From positions 288,001 through 352,000 of the forward strand of contig JBJOMY010000001.1 of NCBI GenBank assembly GCA_046052125.1: a stretch of 64,000 nucleotides of DNA, written 5' to 3'. How positions within the stretch are numbered: the stretch's first letter is position 1; the number at the start of each line of letters is the position of its first letter. A model generated the notes under the pieces. That model made no database searches and was not told where the DNA came from. It saw only the letters and a program-made list of their open reading frames with translations. This DNA is from Cyanobacteriota bacterium. Its GTDB lineage: Bacteria; Cyanobacteriota; Cyanobacteriia; PCC-6307; Cyanobiaceae. This document shows, piece after piece, positions 18,697 through 27,741 of this stretch. A program made the position numbers and the translations under genes.

Positions 18697-19509
18697 GTGA
18701 ACAGCAATCAGGGCTGTCTTCTGCTGGTGGGCCTGGTGGTGGGGTTGCCGATCCTGATGGCGCTCTGGCCGCTTGTGGTTGTGGTGGGCGTGTTGGGCCT
18801 GGTGGTGTGGGTCGTGCAGATCTACAGCCAACAAGTCACCGCGCTGGAATTGAAGAACTGGAATTCCAGGCACGGGCAGGCCATCTGCCGCTGGAAGAAC
18901 CAGCACGGTGTGATTCAGGAGCTAGTGGGCAGCCAACAGATCCTGGAACTGAAGGTGTCGCTGCTCGATCAAGACAGCGGCCGCGCCATGTTGGTCGACG
19001 AGCAGATCAAGCTGGCACCTGCGCCTGGAGCAGGGTTATGTTCGGCCCGAGACATCACAACACGCCTCGAGCGAACCGGCATTGAACTGATCGGCGAGCT
19101 TTCGGTGGAAGCCAAAGCGATGCGAACTGCCCTGCAGTGTGTTGAGGAAATTCTCTGGAGCAGCCATGCCCTCGAGGATTTGCAGCAAATGGGGCGAGAC
19201 GCAGAGCACACGATCACGATCGCGCCGGGAAATGAACTGCTGGAGCCAGCCATTCCACAGCTGCTGAAAGCCAAAGCGAATGTGGAACGTGAAATCGAGC
19301 TGATTCAGAACGCCGTTCGCGAGAGCAGCGCGATGTTGAACGACCTGGGGGAGTTTCTTTCCGTGCCTGCGAGCATCAGACCTGTACTCAACTTCGACCC
19401 CACAACGAGGCACCGGCCCGAGCGGCTGCAGGAATTACAAGCCTCGTTCGAGGAGGTGGTGCTACTGAATCAGGTGTATCGCGAGCTATCCGAAAACAAG
19501 CTGATCTGA
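18697..19509 (+). CDS. Hypothetical protein with N-terminal membrane anchor and helical C-terminus
   Basis: 270-aa ORF with a strongly hydrophobic N-terminus. Confidence 0.7.
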   Translation: MNSNQGCLLLVGLVVGLPILMALWPLVVVVGVLGLVVWVVQIYSQQVTALELKNWNSRHGQAICRWKNQHGVIQELVGSQQILELKVSLLDQDSGRAMLVDEQIKLAPAPGAGLCSARDITTRLERTGIELIGELSVEAKAMRTALQCVEEILWSSHALEDLQQMGRDAEHTITIAPGNELLEPAIPQLLKAKANVEREIELIQNAVRESSAMLNDLGEFLSVPASIRPVLNFDPTTRHRPERLQELQASFEEVVLLNQVYRELSENKLI

Positions 19510-19518
19510 AGCAGGCTC

Positions 19519-20304
19519 ATGACTATCTTGAAACGTTGGATACTGATTCTTTTGGGGGTTGCAGGCGCCAGCAGCCTTGCCCTCATGGCGGTCTTTCCAG
19601 GGCCTAGAAGCATGATCGCGTTCACTCTGCTTACAGGAATTGGACGCGACCAGTTCCAAGCCATCATCGACGAACTGGAAAACAATGCTATTCAGAACAA
19701 GGAACCGACGAAGCATCAACGCGAATTCTTAGAACACTTTTACTGGACCCTCGCCGAAGGAGGAAAGCTGAGTGGCTTCGCACGACAGTCTGGCGAGCTG
19801 ATGAGCCACTACCTCAACAGAAGCGGCGTTGATTTCAAGCTCAACAGAACGATATTTACCGACAATTCCAACGTGATGCTTCAGGCCCACCTGATCAAGG
19901 GAAAGATTAGTGCTGCGCAGTGCCCCAATAATCAGGTGTTCAAAACAGATGAGTTCTACATGCCACACCCGTCCAGCCCCGACAGCGTATTTGGCCTGTA
20001 TTACGGCACATTGGAGGCACGCACCCATCGAGCAGGCTCTGATTGCGAAATCCACTGGAGAGCAGAAGTTCCCTGGATCTGGCCCAGTTACACAGACATC
20101 ACGAAGAAAACAGGAACACCCCATGGCGAGAGCTTCCCACTTCCGAGCCTTCGCTCCATCCTACTAGGAATCGACCATTCTCTCTATGTCGACAACGGCC
20201 TTGGTCGCTATATTGAAGACCACGGACTAGCAAAAAGATTTGTCGCATATGGCGAATGGCATGACAAGGAAAGCCTCCAGGAACTGCCACAGCCTGGCAA
20301 CTAA
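19519..20304 (+). CDS. Hypothetical protein with N-terminal signal/anchor
   Basis: 261-aa ORF 9 nt after the upstream stop, with hydrophobic N-terminus and A/T-richer codons. Confidence 0.7.
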   Translation: MTILKRWILILLGVAGASSLALMAVFPGPRSMIAFTLLTGIGRDQFQAIIDELENNAIQNKEPTKHQREFLEHFYWTLAEGGKLSGFARQSGELMSHYLNRSGVDFKLNRTIFTDNSNVMLQAHLIKGKISAAQCPNNQVFKTDEFYMPHPSSPDSVFGLYYGTLEARTHRAGSDCEIHWRAEVPWIWPSYTDITKKTGTPHGESFPLPSLRSILLGIDHSLYVDNGLGRYIEDHGLAKRFVAYGEWHDKESLQELPQPGN

Positions 20305-21091
20305 GCAGCCAGCGCACGATGAAAGCTACTGGGGCAAGCACCTGAAAACGCTCCTCAGCCGCATCAACCGACCCTATCCCAAAACACAATTTCCCGAATC
20401 TTTAAGCATTCTCCAGAAAAGACGCCTTGGCTGCTCCATCGCGATATTTCAAGCTGGAGAAGCTGGGGAGGGACGCCTAGCACGAGAAATCAACGGATTC
20501 AAGACTCCCTACATCGACGAGACCTATCGAGAGGCGTGTCGACTCTTTGTTGCGGAAGAAGGAAGACATGGAAGGATTCTTGATGACATGCTCAAGGAAT
20601 TAGATACGACGAGAAAGCGTGACAGCCGAACAGAACATTTATTTATCCATGCCAGGAGGCTTGCTGGCATTCGCATCAAGCTTCTTGTTCTACTTCTAGC
20701 GGAACTGGTGGGATTTTCTTACTATTCGGCACTCGTCAATCTACTGGATGAGTGCCCAGCGAAAGGCGCCTTATCCGAGATACGGGACGACGAGCACGAC
20801 CATTTGCGATTTCATCTGGACTTTTTTAGGTGCATGAGCAGGCACAGCGGCATAGCCGGTGCGCTTAGCGCGCTTCTTTGCTTAGTCATTGGATTGAGCA
20901 GCTTTGCTTTAGTTGCAGCGGAACATCGAGCAGCACTGGCCTGTATGGGTGGTAATGCGTGGGGTTTTGCTTTAGAAGGCTGGCGGCGCGTAGTCTCCTT
21001 AAGCTTTTTAATTCTCCCAATATCAAGCACTCATTCCATGGCTGGCGAGAAATGGTTGGAGTCCATTCAGACATCCAACACCAACCCTTAA
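20240..21091 (+). CDS. Ferritin-like (di-iron carboxylate) domain protein
   Basis: FQAGEAG, LFVAEEGRHG, AELVGFSYY and IRDDEHDHLRFH give an E...ExxH...E...ExxH layout. Start uncertain (20240/20249/20261). Confidence 0.7.
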   Translation: MSHMANGMTRKASRNCHSLATKQPAHDESYWGKHLKTLLSRINRPYPKTQFPESLSILQKRRLGCSIAIFQAGEAGEGRLAREINGFKTPYIDETYREACRLFVAEEGRHGRILDDMLKELDTTRKRDSRTEHLFIHARRLAGIRIKLLVLLLAELVGFSYYSALVNLLDECPAKGALSEIRDDEHDHLRFHLDFFRCMSRHSGIAGALSALLCLVIGLSSFALVAAEHRAALACMGGNAWGFALEGWRRVVSLSFLILPISSTHSMAGEKWLESIQTSNTNP

Positions 21092-21192
21092 CCCAATACC
21101 ATCAGATCAGAAATGGATGCCTGGCATCTGAAAACTGAATTGTTATTGGGATGGGGACCCATCAGTGATCCACCACAGACAACAGCTCAACA

Positions 21193-21632
21193 GTGGCAAT
21201 CTTTCCTGTTCTGGTGATCGTGCATGCCCTGGCGGCCACGGTGTGGACCGGCGGGCACCTGGTGCTGGATCTGCGGGTGTTGCCCAGAGCACTCAAGGAG
21301 CAGAGCGCCCAGGCCATCCGTGACTTCGAAGAGCTGTTTGAACCCCTCGCCCTCACGGCCTTGGCGATTCAGGTGATTACGGGCCTGTGGATGGGCTCGA
21401 TGTACCTCCCTGACTAACAGGGCTTGTTCCACCCAGCAACCCAATCGTGATCATTATCGGTACCAAGCTCGTGCTGCTCGGCGGCACCGCAGTATTAGCC
21501 GTGCATGCGCATCTGTGCTTGATCCCCCAGCTTAGCGACAGCAAAATCAGCGGGCTGGTCTGGCATAACCACGCAATCACGGCATTGGCGATTGCGTTTG
21601 TGGTTGTGGGTGGGCTGATCCGAGTGGGTTGA
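21193..21632 (+). pseudogene. CopD-like membrane protein, disrupted
   Basis: HALAATVWTGG...QVITGLW is followed by TAA at 21415-21417. The C-terminal half (TKLVLL...AVHAH) is in another frame (21447..21632). Confidence 0.7.
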
Positions 21633-22090
21633 GAGAGGCGAATTAGCTCTGCACCAGTACGGGAAGAGGAAGCTCAACGCGCTAACACAGGGCCAATCGT
21701 GGGATTACAGAGAAGGGAAGTGAGCACCCCCACCTTCACCCAGAGGGAGATGCGCCGACGATGCGTGAACCCCACAGTGAACTCGGTGATGTGGCGCAGA
21801 CATCGCCCCGTAGCCGCAAGAGCAAGACGCCGCCTTGGATACCTTGATTGATGATCCACAGGGCTGCATAACCCTGACTGAGATAACAACTGCTGCGCTC
21901 AAGCCTCGAGCATCTCTCAGCAGAGACGTGAACGCTTTCCTTGCCTGCCAGGTCCTAAATAGGTGAATCGTGAAACCGACCGACACCAGAGCAAGTCGAC
22001 CACGAGATGCCAGCGGTGAACACTTGCAACCGGTGCCAAGGCGCTCATTAAGGGCGCCTTGTTTGATAATGGGCATCCAGTGGTGGGTTG

Positions 22091-22249
22091 ATGCCTTCTC
22101 TTCTTTCCACCATCACCGCAGCAGCTCTATTGGCGCCAGCCAATCCACTGATGATCCCCGCCAAAAACGGCAACACCTGCCCTGGCGGCACCAGCTACGC
22201 CGGTGCGGGCTATTGCAAAGTGCGCTATCGAGCGAGTCAATCCCGGTGA
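22091..22249 (+). CDS. Small putatively secreted Cys-containing peptide (52 aa; not in the ORF track)
   Basis: Manual translation MPSLLSTITAAALLAPANPLMIPAKNGNTCPGGTSYAGAGYCKVRYRASQSR. Its stop overlaps the next GTG (GTGA). Confidence 0.55.
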   Translation: MPSLLSTITAAALLAPANPLMIPAKNGNTCPGGTSYAGAGYCKVRYRASQSR

Positions 22250-22895
22250 TCAGCGATCGCTATAGCGGGGCCTTGCGCGGGACAGAGGAGCTCCACCGCG
22301 ACCAGCGCCGCAAGTGCAAAGGTGTGCCTTACATCTCCCACCAGATCAGCATCAGCGCCCTGGTATGCGAAGACAGCGGCACAAAAGATCAGCCATCGCC
22401 GCCTGGCTGCGCATCGCCATTGAGGACGCCTGCCAGAGCTCTGGCTCTATTGCCGAACGCTTCGGAGAAGCCGTGGCCGATATTGTGCGCGAATGCACTG
22501 ACACCAGCGACAACGCACCACCGGGCGAGAAGGAACCGTGGCTACTGCGTAATACACTCAACATCGTCTCACTCGAGCACAAGCCCGAGGCCTTGCTGTT
22601 GGTGAAGGCCGCCGACAAGGCCCACAACGCCGGCGACATGGTGCTCGAGGCGCGGCGCGATCCCGCTTTGTAGAGCAAGTTCAACGCCGGGATTGGGGGA
22701 TCGCCCAGGTATCTGCTGCGGATCTACCAACAACTTCAACACCAGCTGCCTCAGAGCCGTTCGGTGGGACGGCTGGGAGAAGCCGTGAGTGGAATCCTCT
22801 CGATGGGCGGCTTCAAGAAGGGCCTAGTGCCAAAGAGGTTCGCCCCAGCTGTGTGGGCAGCGGGGTACGCAGACCGCATCGGGACGCAGGAGTGA
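22246..22895 (+). pseudogene. HD-domain (SpoT/MESH1-like) hydrolase, disrupted
   Basis: LHRDQRRK..GVPYISH, then a frameshift near 22392 to AIAAWLRIAIED (HD lost), FGEAVADIVRECTD and ADKAHN. In-frame TAG at 22671; the frame continues to TGA 22895. Confidence 0.8.
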
Positions 22896-23390
22896 TTCCC
22901 CTGTCATTAGCTCTGGCAGCCGCTGCCCTAGTGGCCCAAACCCATCCCCGCCACCGTGGTGTCCATCGGCGACGGCGACACCCTGCGCGTGCGCGAAGGC
23001 AACCGCACCCTGAATGTGCGCCTGGCCTGCATCGATGCCCCCGAAACCAGCCAGGCGCCCCATGGCGCCAATGCCCGAACCCAACTTCAGGCCCTGGCCC
23101 CGCTCGGCTCCAGCGTGGAGCTGCGCATCCAAGCCACCGACCGCTACGGCCGCTCCGTCGCCGAACTGAGCCGCAACGGCCGCAACCTCAACCAAGCCCT
23201 GGTGGCCTCGGGCGCCTCCTTTGTGTACTGGCAGTACATCGCCGGCTGCGACCGCCAGACCTACAGCCGCCTCGAATCCCAGGCCCGCCTGCGGGGACTC
23301 GGGGTATGGAGCGTGCCCGGCGGGGTGCGTCGGCCGTGGGATTTCAGGGCAGGGAACCGGCGCCCGAAGACCACCGGTGTTGCTCAGTGA
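22892..23390 (+). pseudogene. Thermonuclease (SNase-family) with its signal peptide separated by a 1-nt frameshift
   Basis: SIGDGDTL, VRLACIDAPE, DRYGR. The upstream frame encodes VIPLSLALAAAALVAQT; removing one C at 22941-22943 fuses them (AQTIPATVVSIGDGDT). Confidence 0.75.
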
Positions 23391-23450
23391 CTCAAACAAT
23401 CCACCCTGCCAACGGCCAGTCCAGATAAATTTGAAAAGCCGTGGTTGTGA

Positions 23451-23699
23451 GTGCTCGTGACCACCATTGAGATCACCCTCCCAGACGCTCTCGCTGAAGA
23501 AGCCAAAGGTGCCGGCCTTCTCTCTGCCGAGGCCATCGAAGATCTCCTGCACACCAAGCTGATGGAAGACCGATTGACACGTCTTCAGCAGGCGCGAGAT
23601 CTGCTTTCAGCTCAGCCAGTGGAGGCGATGACCCAGCAGGAGATCAACGCCGAGATCAAGGCGTACCGCCAGGAACAGCGGTTTGCGGCTCGTTCTTGA
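23451..23699 (+). CDS. Putative antitoxin
   Basis: IEITLPDALAEEAK..GLLS...MTQQEINAEIKAYR. Small gene overlapping the start of the PIN gene. Confidence 0.7.
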   Translation: MLVTTIEITLPDALAEEAKGAGLLSAEAIEDLLHTKLMEDRLTRLQQARDLLSAQPVEAMTQQEINAEIKAYRQEQRFAARS

Positions 23700-24067
23700 C
23701 ACCAACACTGCACTGTCAGGCCTGATCTGGCACGGTTCAACTGCTTTCCTCTGTGCCTTTGTTGGCGGAGCTAGAGGGAGTGCTGCAACGGCCAAAGTTT
23801 CGAGAGGCGATTCAGCGGCGTGGCGTAAAGGTGAGCGATCTCTTTGATGGCTATGCCGCGCTCGTGCGTTGTGTGGAACCGGCTGAATTGCCCAACCCCG
23901 TATGCCGTGATTCCGATGACGATCAGGTGCTGGCTGCAGCCATCAGCGGCAAGGCCGACCTGATCGTGTCTGGCGATGATGATCTCCTCGCGCTGCGCAG
24001 CTTTCAGGGGATTGAGATCGTGTCAGCAAGGCATGCCCTGACGCTGCTTGGTCTGGCCCAAAGCTGA
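23683..24067 (+). pseudogene. PIN-domain (VapC-like) toxin with internal deletion/frameshift
   Basis: TTG 23683 gives LRLVLDTNTALSGLIW. The rest (LLAELEGVL..RDSDDDQVLAAA..ADLIVSGDDDLL) is in a different frame from about 23753. Confidence 0.8.
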
Positions 24068-24308
24068 TCCATTGACTGCAAGCGGTGGCCATAGGGGCCA
24101 CGACGGCCAACGAGGGGAAAACAGCCTGGGAAAGATCTGATCCCTGGCCCGCAGCGTTGGCCAGTTGCGATGAGATTTCGTCCAACAGGCCCAGGCATGT
24201 CTCGACGCAGATGCGCATGAGGGAGTGTGCGAGCTGCAGCGTGGTTTGTCGGCCCGGCCCTCAGACAGGCGAAGTTGTGAAGCACGCCAGCTGGCCCAGA
24301 ATGAGTCG

Positions 24309-24656
24309 ATGGCCATCGTGAAAAACACACCGATCGAACAGCGCCTCGCGCAGATGGCGAGCGGGATCCAGCAGTTGATCCCAGCTGCTGAGGTTCGGCT
24401 TTTCGGCTCCCGGGCCCGCGGCGATGCACGCCCCGATTCCGATGTCGACCTGTTGATCACCGCCCCAGACGCTTGGCTTGCAAGTCGGGATCGCTTTGCT
24501 CTGCTGAGTGATCTCTGGGGGGCGGTTGCCCAACCCGATCTTTCGGTGGACCTGGTGCTGCATTCCACCAGCGAAGCGGCCCGCCGCGCGAAGGAACCGG
24601 GATCCCTAGTTCATGAGGCCATCCACGAAGGCGTTTTGCTCCATGGCAGCCCCTGA
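24309..24656 (+). CDS. Minimal nucleotidyltransferase (MNT) antitoxin
   Basis: LFGSRARGDARPDSDVDL (GS-x10-DxD). ATG at 24309. Confidence 0.88.
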   Translation: MAIVKNTPIEQRLAQMASGIQQLIPAAEVRLFGSRARGDARPDSDVDLLITAPDAWLASRDRFALLSDLWGAVAQPDLSVDLVLHSTSEAARRAKEPGSLVHEAIHEGVLLHGSP

Positions 24657-25017
24657 AGCCGAGCGATTGCTGCGAGTAGCTCTCCGCGACCTGAAGATGG
24701 CCCGCCACCTGCTGGATCCCGAGGTGGATGAGGCCAGCTGGGGCTGGGCAACGCAACAGTGCCTTGAGAAAACTCTCAAAGCCTGGCTTCACGTCGTTGG
24801 GATCAAACCACCCCAAACCCACGATCTGGCGCGTCTTCTGATGCTGCTGGAAGAGGCCAACGTCGACATCTCCACTCTTCTGCCGCTTCGGGCTTTCACC
24901 GCCTTCGCAGTGCAGTTCCGCTACGACGACGAACCTGAGCTGCTCGGTTTGGAGCGCTCCGTTTGGACCGACCGCGCACAAGCCCTGATTGAAAACGTTC
25001 AGAGCCTGATCAGCTGA
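24643..25017 (+). CDS. HEPN-domain protein
   Basis: QQCLEKTLKA, PQTHDLARL, AVQFRY. Overlaps the end of the MNT gene. Confidence 0.85.
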   Translation: MAAPEAERLLRVALRDLKMARHLLDPEVDEASWGWATQQCLEKTLKAWLHVVGIKPPQTHDLARLLMLLEEANVDISTLLPLRAFTAFAVQFRYDDEPELLGLERSVWTDRAQALIENVQSLIS

Positions 25018-25121
25018 AGCTTGAATCTCTACGGGCCTCCATGTGAATCCCGGTGAACACCAGTTGCCGGTGGCCCGCGGCCGATCGAGCCTGCTGGTGT
25101 CAGCCCGCCCGGTGGGAAGCC

Positions 25122-25361
25122 ATGCACAGCGCAGAGGCGTTACGCGATCGCTACCTCAAGCGAGAGAGCAGCCCCGGAGAGATCAACGCCATCGCCCGCA
25201 CCTATGCGGCGCTGCGCTCGATCCCCTTCCAGCAGGCGCTCGAGGAGGTGCACGACGGCATCGGGTTCGAACTCAGTGATGCCTCCCAGCAACCCTTCCC
25301 CTGGGGGGAGGTGAGCCGGTCGCTGGTGCCGCTGGGGCGCCAGTGGATCAACGGCGTTTGA
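25122..25361 (+). CDS. Hypothetical protein
   Basis: ATG 25122 within track ORF 25053..25361; host-like codon usage. Confidence 0.5.
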   Translation: MHSAEALRDRYLKRESSPGEINAIARTYAALRSIPFQQALEEVHDGIGFELSDASQQPFPWGEVSRSLVPLGRQWINGV

Positions 25362-25404
25362 GTTCGCGTACGGTGAGGCCACCGCAATGACGGGCAGGCC
25401 TCCG

Positions 25405-25662
25405 ATGAGCGACAGCCAAGGACTCACCATCGCTGAATTGGAGGCCAAATACTTTCTGTACCGCAAGGCCCTCAAGCAGTTGCTTCTGGAGGGCAGGCCC
25501 CCCGCCAACATCGAAAAAACGCTCTGTTGGAGCCGGCTCGAAACCCTCCACAACTGCCTGCCACGCCAATACAAATCCCCTGATCACATCCGCCATCAGT
25601 TGCGGCGGGAAATCGAGCGGGAACAGGGCGAAAGCCTCGAGCGCAGCACCGTGGCGCGCTGA
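25405..25662 (+). CDS. DUF3136-like cyanobacterial protein
   Basis: LTIAELEAKYFLYRKALK...TLCWSRLETLHNCLPRQYKSP. Confidence 0.75.
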   Translation: MSDSQGLTIAELEAKYFLYRKALKQLLLEGRPPANIEKTLCWSRLETLHNCLPRQYKSPDHIRHQLRREIEREQGESLERSTVAR

Positions 25663-25743
25663 TACCAGCGGACGTTCTGGCCTCCAGCGGAGGCCCGCTG
25701 CTGCGGGCCGGTGTCAGCGTGAGACCTGGCTGCGACCCGCCCG

Positions 25744-26883
25744 TTGGCTCAACGATCCGATGCTGAGCTGATCGCGATCGCCGAAGCCTTCCACGGGCCT
25801 GGCTCGGTGTGCTCCGTTGCACCCCTGGGCAACGGCAATGTGAATGACACCTATCTGGTGCGCACCCAGGGCGAACCAGCCGTGTTGCAGCGGCTGAACA
25901 CGCGGGTGTTCAACCAGCCGAAGCTGGTGCTTCAAAACCTGCAGGTGCTCGGCGAGCACATCCAGCAGAAGCTCGAGGGCTCAGAACGCCATCCCGTGCT
26001 GAGTGGCCGCCGCTGGCAATTGCCCCAGCTCGTGTGCACCGTCGATCAGCAGCAAAGCTGGCACTGCTGCGAGGCCGGCGAGATCTGGCGCACGATCACC
26101 TACGTGCCTGACGCCGACTGCGTGGATGTGGTGGAGGGTCCGGCCCAGGCGCGGGAGCTGGGCATCGGCCTCGGACTGTTTCACCAGCTGATCAGCGATC
26201 TGCCCCCAACCGCTCTGGCCGACACGCTGGAGGGCTTCCACATCACGCCCCTTTATTTGGAGGCGTATCACAAGGCGCTGGTGAACACCGAGCAGCAACC
26301 CTGTGAAGCCAGCGAGCGTTGCATCGCCTTCATTCGCGAGCGCGAACAGCTCTGCGATCTGCTTGAGCGGGCCAAGGAGCGCGGTGAGCTGCCCCTGCGC
26401 CCGATCCACGGCGATCCGAAGATCAACAACGTGCTGCTCGATCGCGAGTCCGGCCAGGCGGTGGCGCTGATCGATCTCGACACCGTGAAGCCCGGCCTGG
26501 TGCATTACGACATCGGTGATTGCCTGCGCTCTTGCTGCAATCGCCTCGGCGAGGAAACCCTCGACTTCGACGCCGTGCACTTCGATCTGGAGCTGGCCGA
26601 GGCGATCCTTGAGGGCTACCTGGGCGTGGCCGGAAGCTTCCTCAGCGAATCCGAGCTGCGCTACATCCCCGATGCGGCCCGGCTGATCAGCTTCGAGCTG
26701 GGGCTGCGCTTCTTCAGCGATTACCTCTGCGGCAGCACCTACTTCAAGGCCGATCGCCCCCGCCACAACCTCGATCGGGCCCTGGTGCAGTTCGCGCTCA
26801 CCGCCAGCATCGAAGCGCAATTGCCGGCACTGCGGCAGCTGGTGGAGCGCCTCGCCGCCCAACCAATCGCCAGCCGCAGCTGA
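25744..26883 (+). CDS. Aminoglycoside-phosphotransferase-like kinase (N-acetylhexosamine 1-kinase-like)
   Basis: LGNGNVNDTY, LQRLN, IHGDPKINN, IDLDTV, DIGD. Confidence 0.85.
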   Translation: MAQRSDAELIAIAEAFHGPGSVCSVAPLGNGNVNDTYLVRTQGEPAVLQRLNTRVFNQPKLVLQNLQVLGEHIQQKLEGSERHPVLSGRRWQLPQLVCTVDQQQSWHCCEAGEIWRTITYVPDADCVDVVEGPAQARELGIGLGLFHQLISDLPPTALADTLEGFHITPLYLEAYHKALVNTEQQPCEASERCIAFIREREQLCDLLERAKERGELPLRPIHGDPKINNVLLDRESGQAVALIDLDTVKPGLVHYDIGDCLRSCCNRLGEETLDFDAVHFDLELAEAILEGYLGVAGSFLSESELRYIPDAARLISFELGLRFFSDYLCGSTYFKADRPRHNLDRALVQFALTASIEAQLPALRQLVERLAAQPIASRS

Positions 26884-27422
26884 TGGAGGCGTTGCACCCG
26901 TTCGAGCCACAGCCATGGCTCACAGGCACCGAGCTCAAAGCATCTGCCAAGTGGTTGCCAGGGCAGCTCGAGGTGAGCTTCGCGCTGCACACACCGGCCG
27001 AATCGCTGGTGCGCCCTCGAGCCTGCGCGCAACTCCAGCGGCGCGATGAGCTCTGGCAGAGCACCTGCTTTGAAGCGTTTTTCGCCGAGCCCGGCCAGGA
27101 GCGCTACTGGGAGATCAACCTCGCTCCCAACGGCCACTGGAACGTGTATCGCCTCGATCGCTACCGCCAGGGCCTGCGCCCCGAACCGCTGGTGAGCGGG
27201 CTCACCTACGCCCTGCGCCGGAGCGCCACGGAGCTACAGCTCAGCTTCAGCCTCAACCTGCAACCACTGCTCGCTGAGAGCGCTGGCCTGGAGTGCTCAC
27301 TCACCGCTGTGCTCGATCACCCGCAGCATGGCTGCAGCTTCTGGGCTCTGCACCACAGCGGCGATCAGGCGGACTTCCATTGCCGCGACAGCTTCAGGCC
27401 GCTCCTGCCCGCCCAAGGCTGA
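26883..27422 (+). CDS. DOMON-like domain protein
   Basis: RRDELWQSTCFEAF..YWEINLAPNGHWNVY..ADFH. TGATG overlap with the kinase. Confidence 0.78.
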   Translation: MEALHPFEPQPWLTGTELKASAKWLPGQLEVSFALHTPAESLVRPRACAQLQRRDELWQSTCFEAFFAEPGQERYWEINLAPNGHWNVYRLDRYRQGLRPEPLVSGLTYALRRSATELQLSFSLNLQPLLAESAGLECSLTAVLDHPQHGCSFWALHHSGDQADFHCRDSFRPLLPAQG

Positions 27423-27506
27423 ACACCACGGCTGTAAGGCGCTGATCTCAAGCTTCAGACCTTGATCCCAAAGCGGAAATGAAACCGTGCATTTCGGCAG
27501 ACTTGA

Positions 27507-27731
27507 TTGAGATCCGTAGCGTGCGATACATCCAGAGCAAAGTCCTTGCACGTCACCCACTGCGGCGAAGAGCATCTGCTTCAGCTCAGCAGCGCTGAAG
27601 CATCAACCCTGGTGGATGCCTGCGCGCTGCTGCTGCTGGCCTCGAGAAGCGCTCCGGGCTGCGCCCTCAACCACGACATGAGCGCCCTGCTGCAAACCCT
27701 GTTCGAACAGTTCAGCAGCCACAGCGTGTAG
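27507..27731 (+). CDS. Hypothetical protein
   Basis: Short ORF filling the gap before the DUF2499 gene; start uncertain. Confidence 0.45.
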   Translation: MRSVACDTSRAKSLHVTHCGEEHLLQLSSAEASTLVDACALLLLASRSAPGCALNHDMSALLQTLFEQFSSHSV

Positions 27732-27741
27732 AACCGAGGGC

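Noticed and set aside
11955..25032. 12-bp direct repeat TTGAATCTCTAC at 11955-11966 (after res) and 25021-25032 (after HEPN) as possible att sites
   Set aside because: A 12-mer match is expected by chance in 64 kb, it does not extend, and no integrase or tRNA is present. Worth revisiting only if comparative genomics puts breakpoints there.
27516..27529. NtcA-like GTA-N8-TAC site (GTAGCGTGCGATAC)
   Set aside because: A six-base pattern expected by chance; no -10 box at the canonical spacing and no nitrogen gene adjacent.
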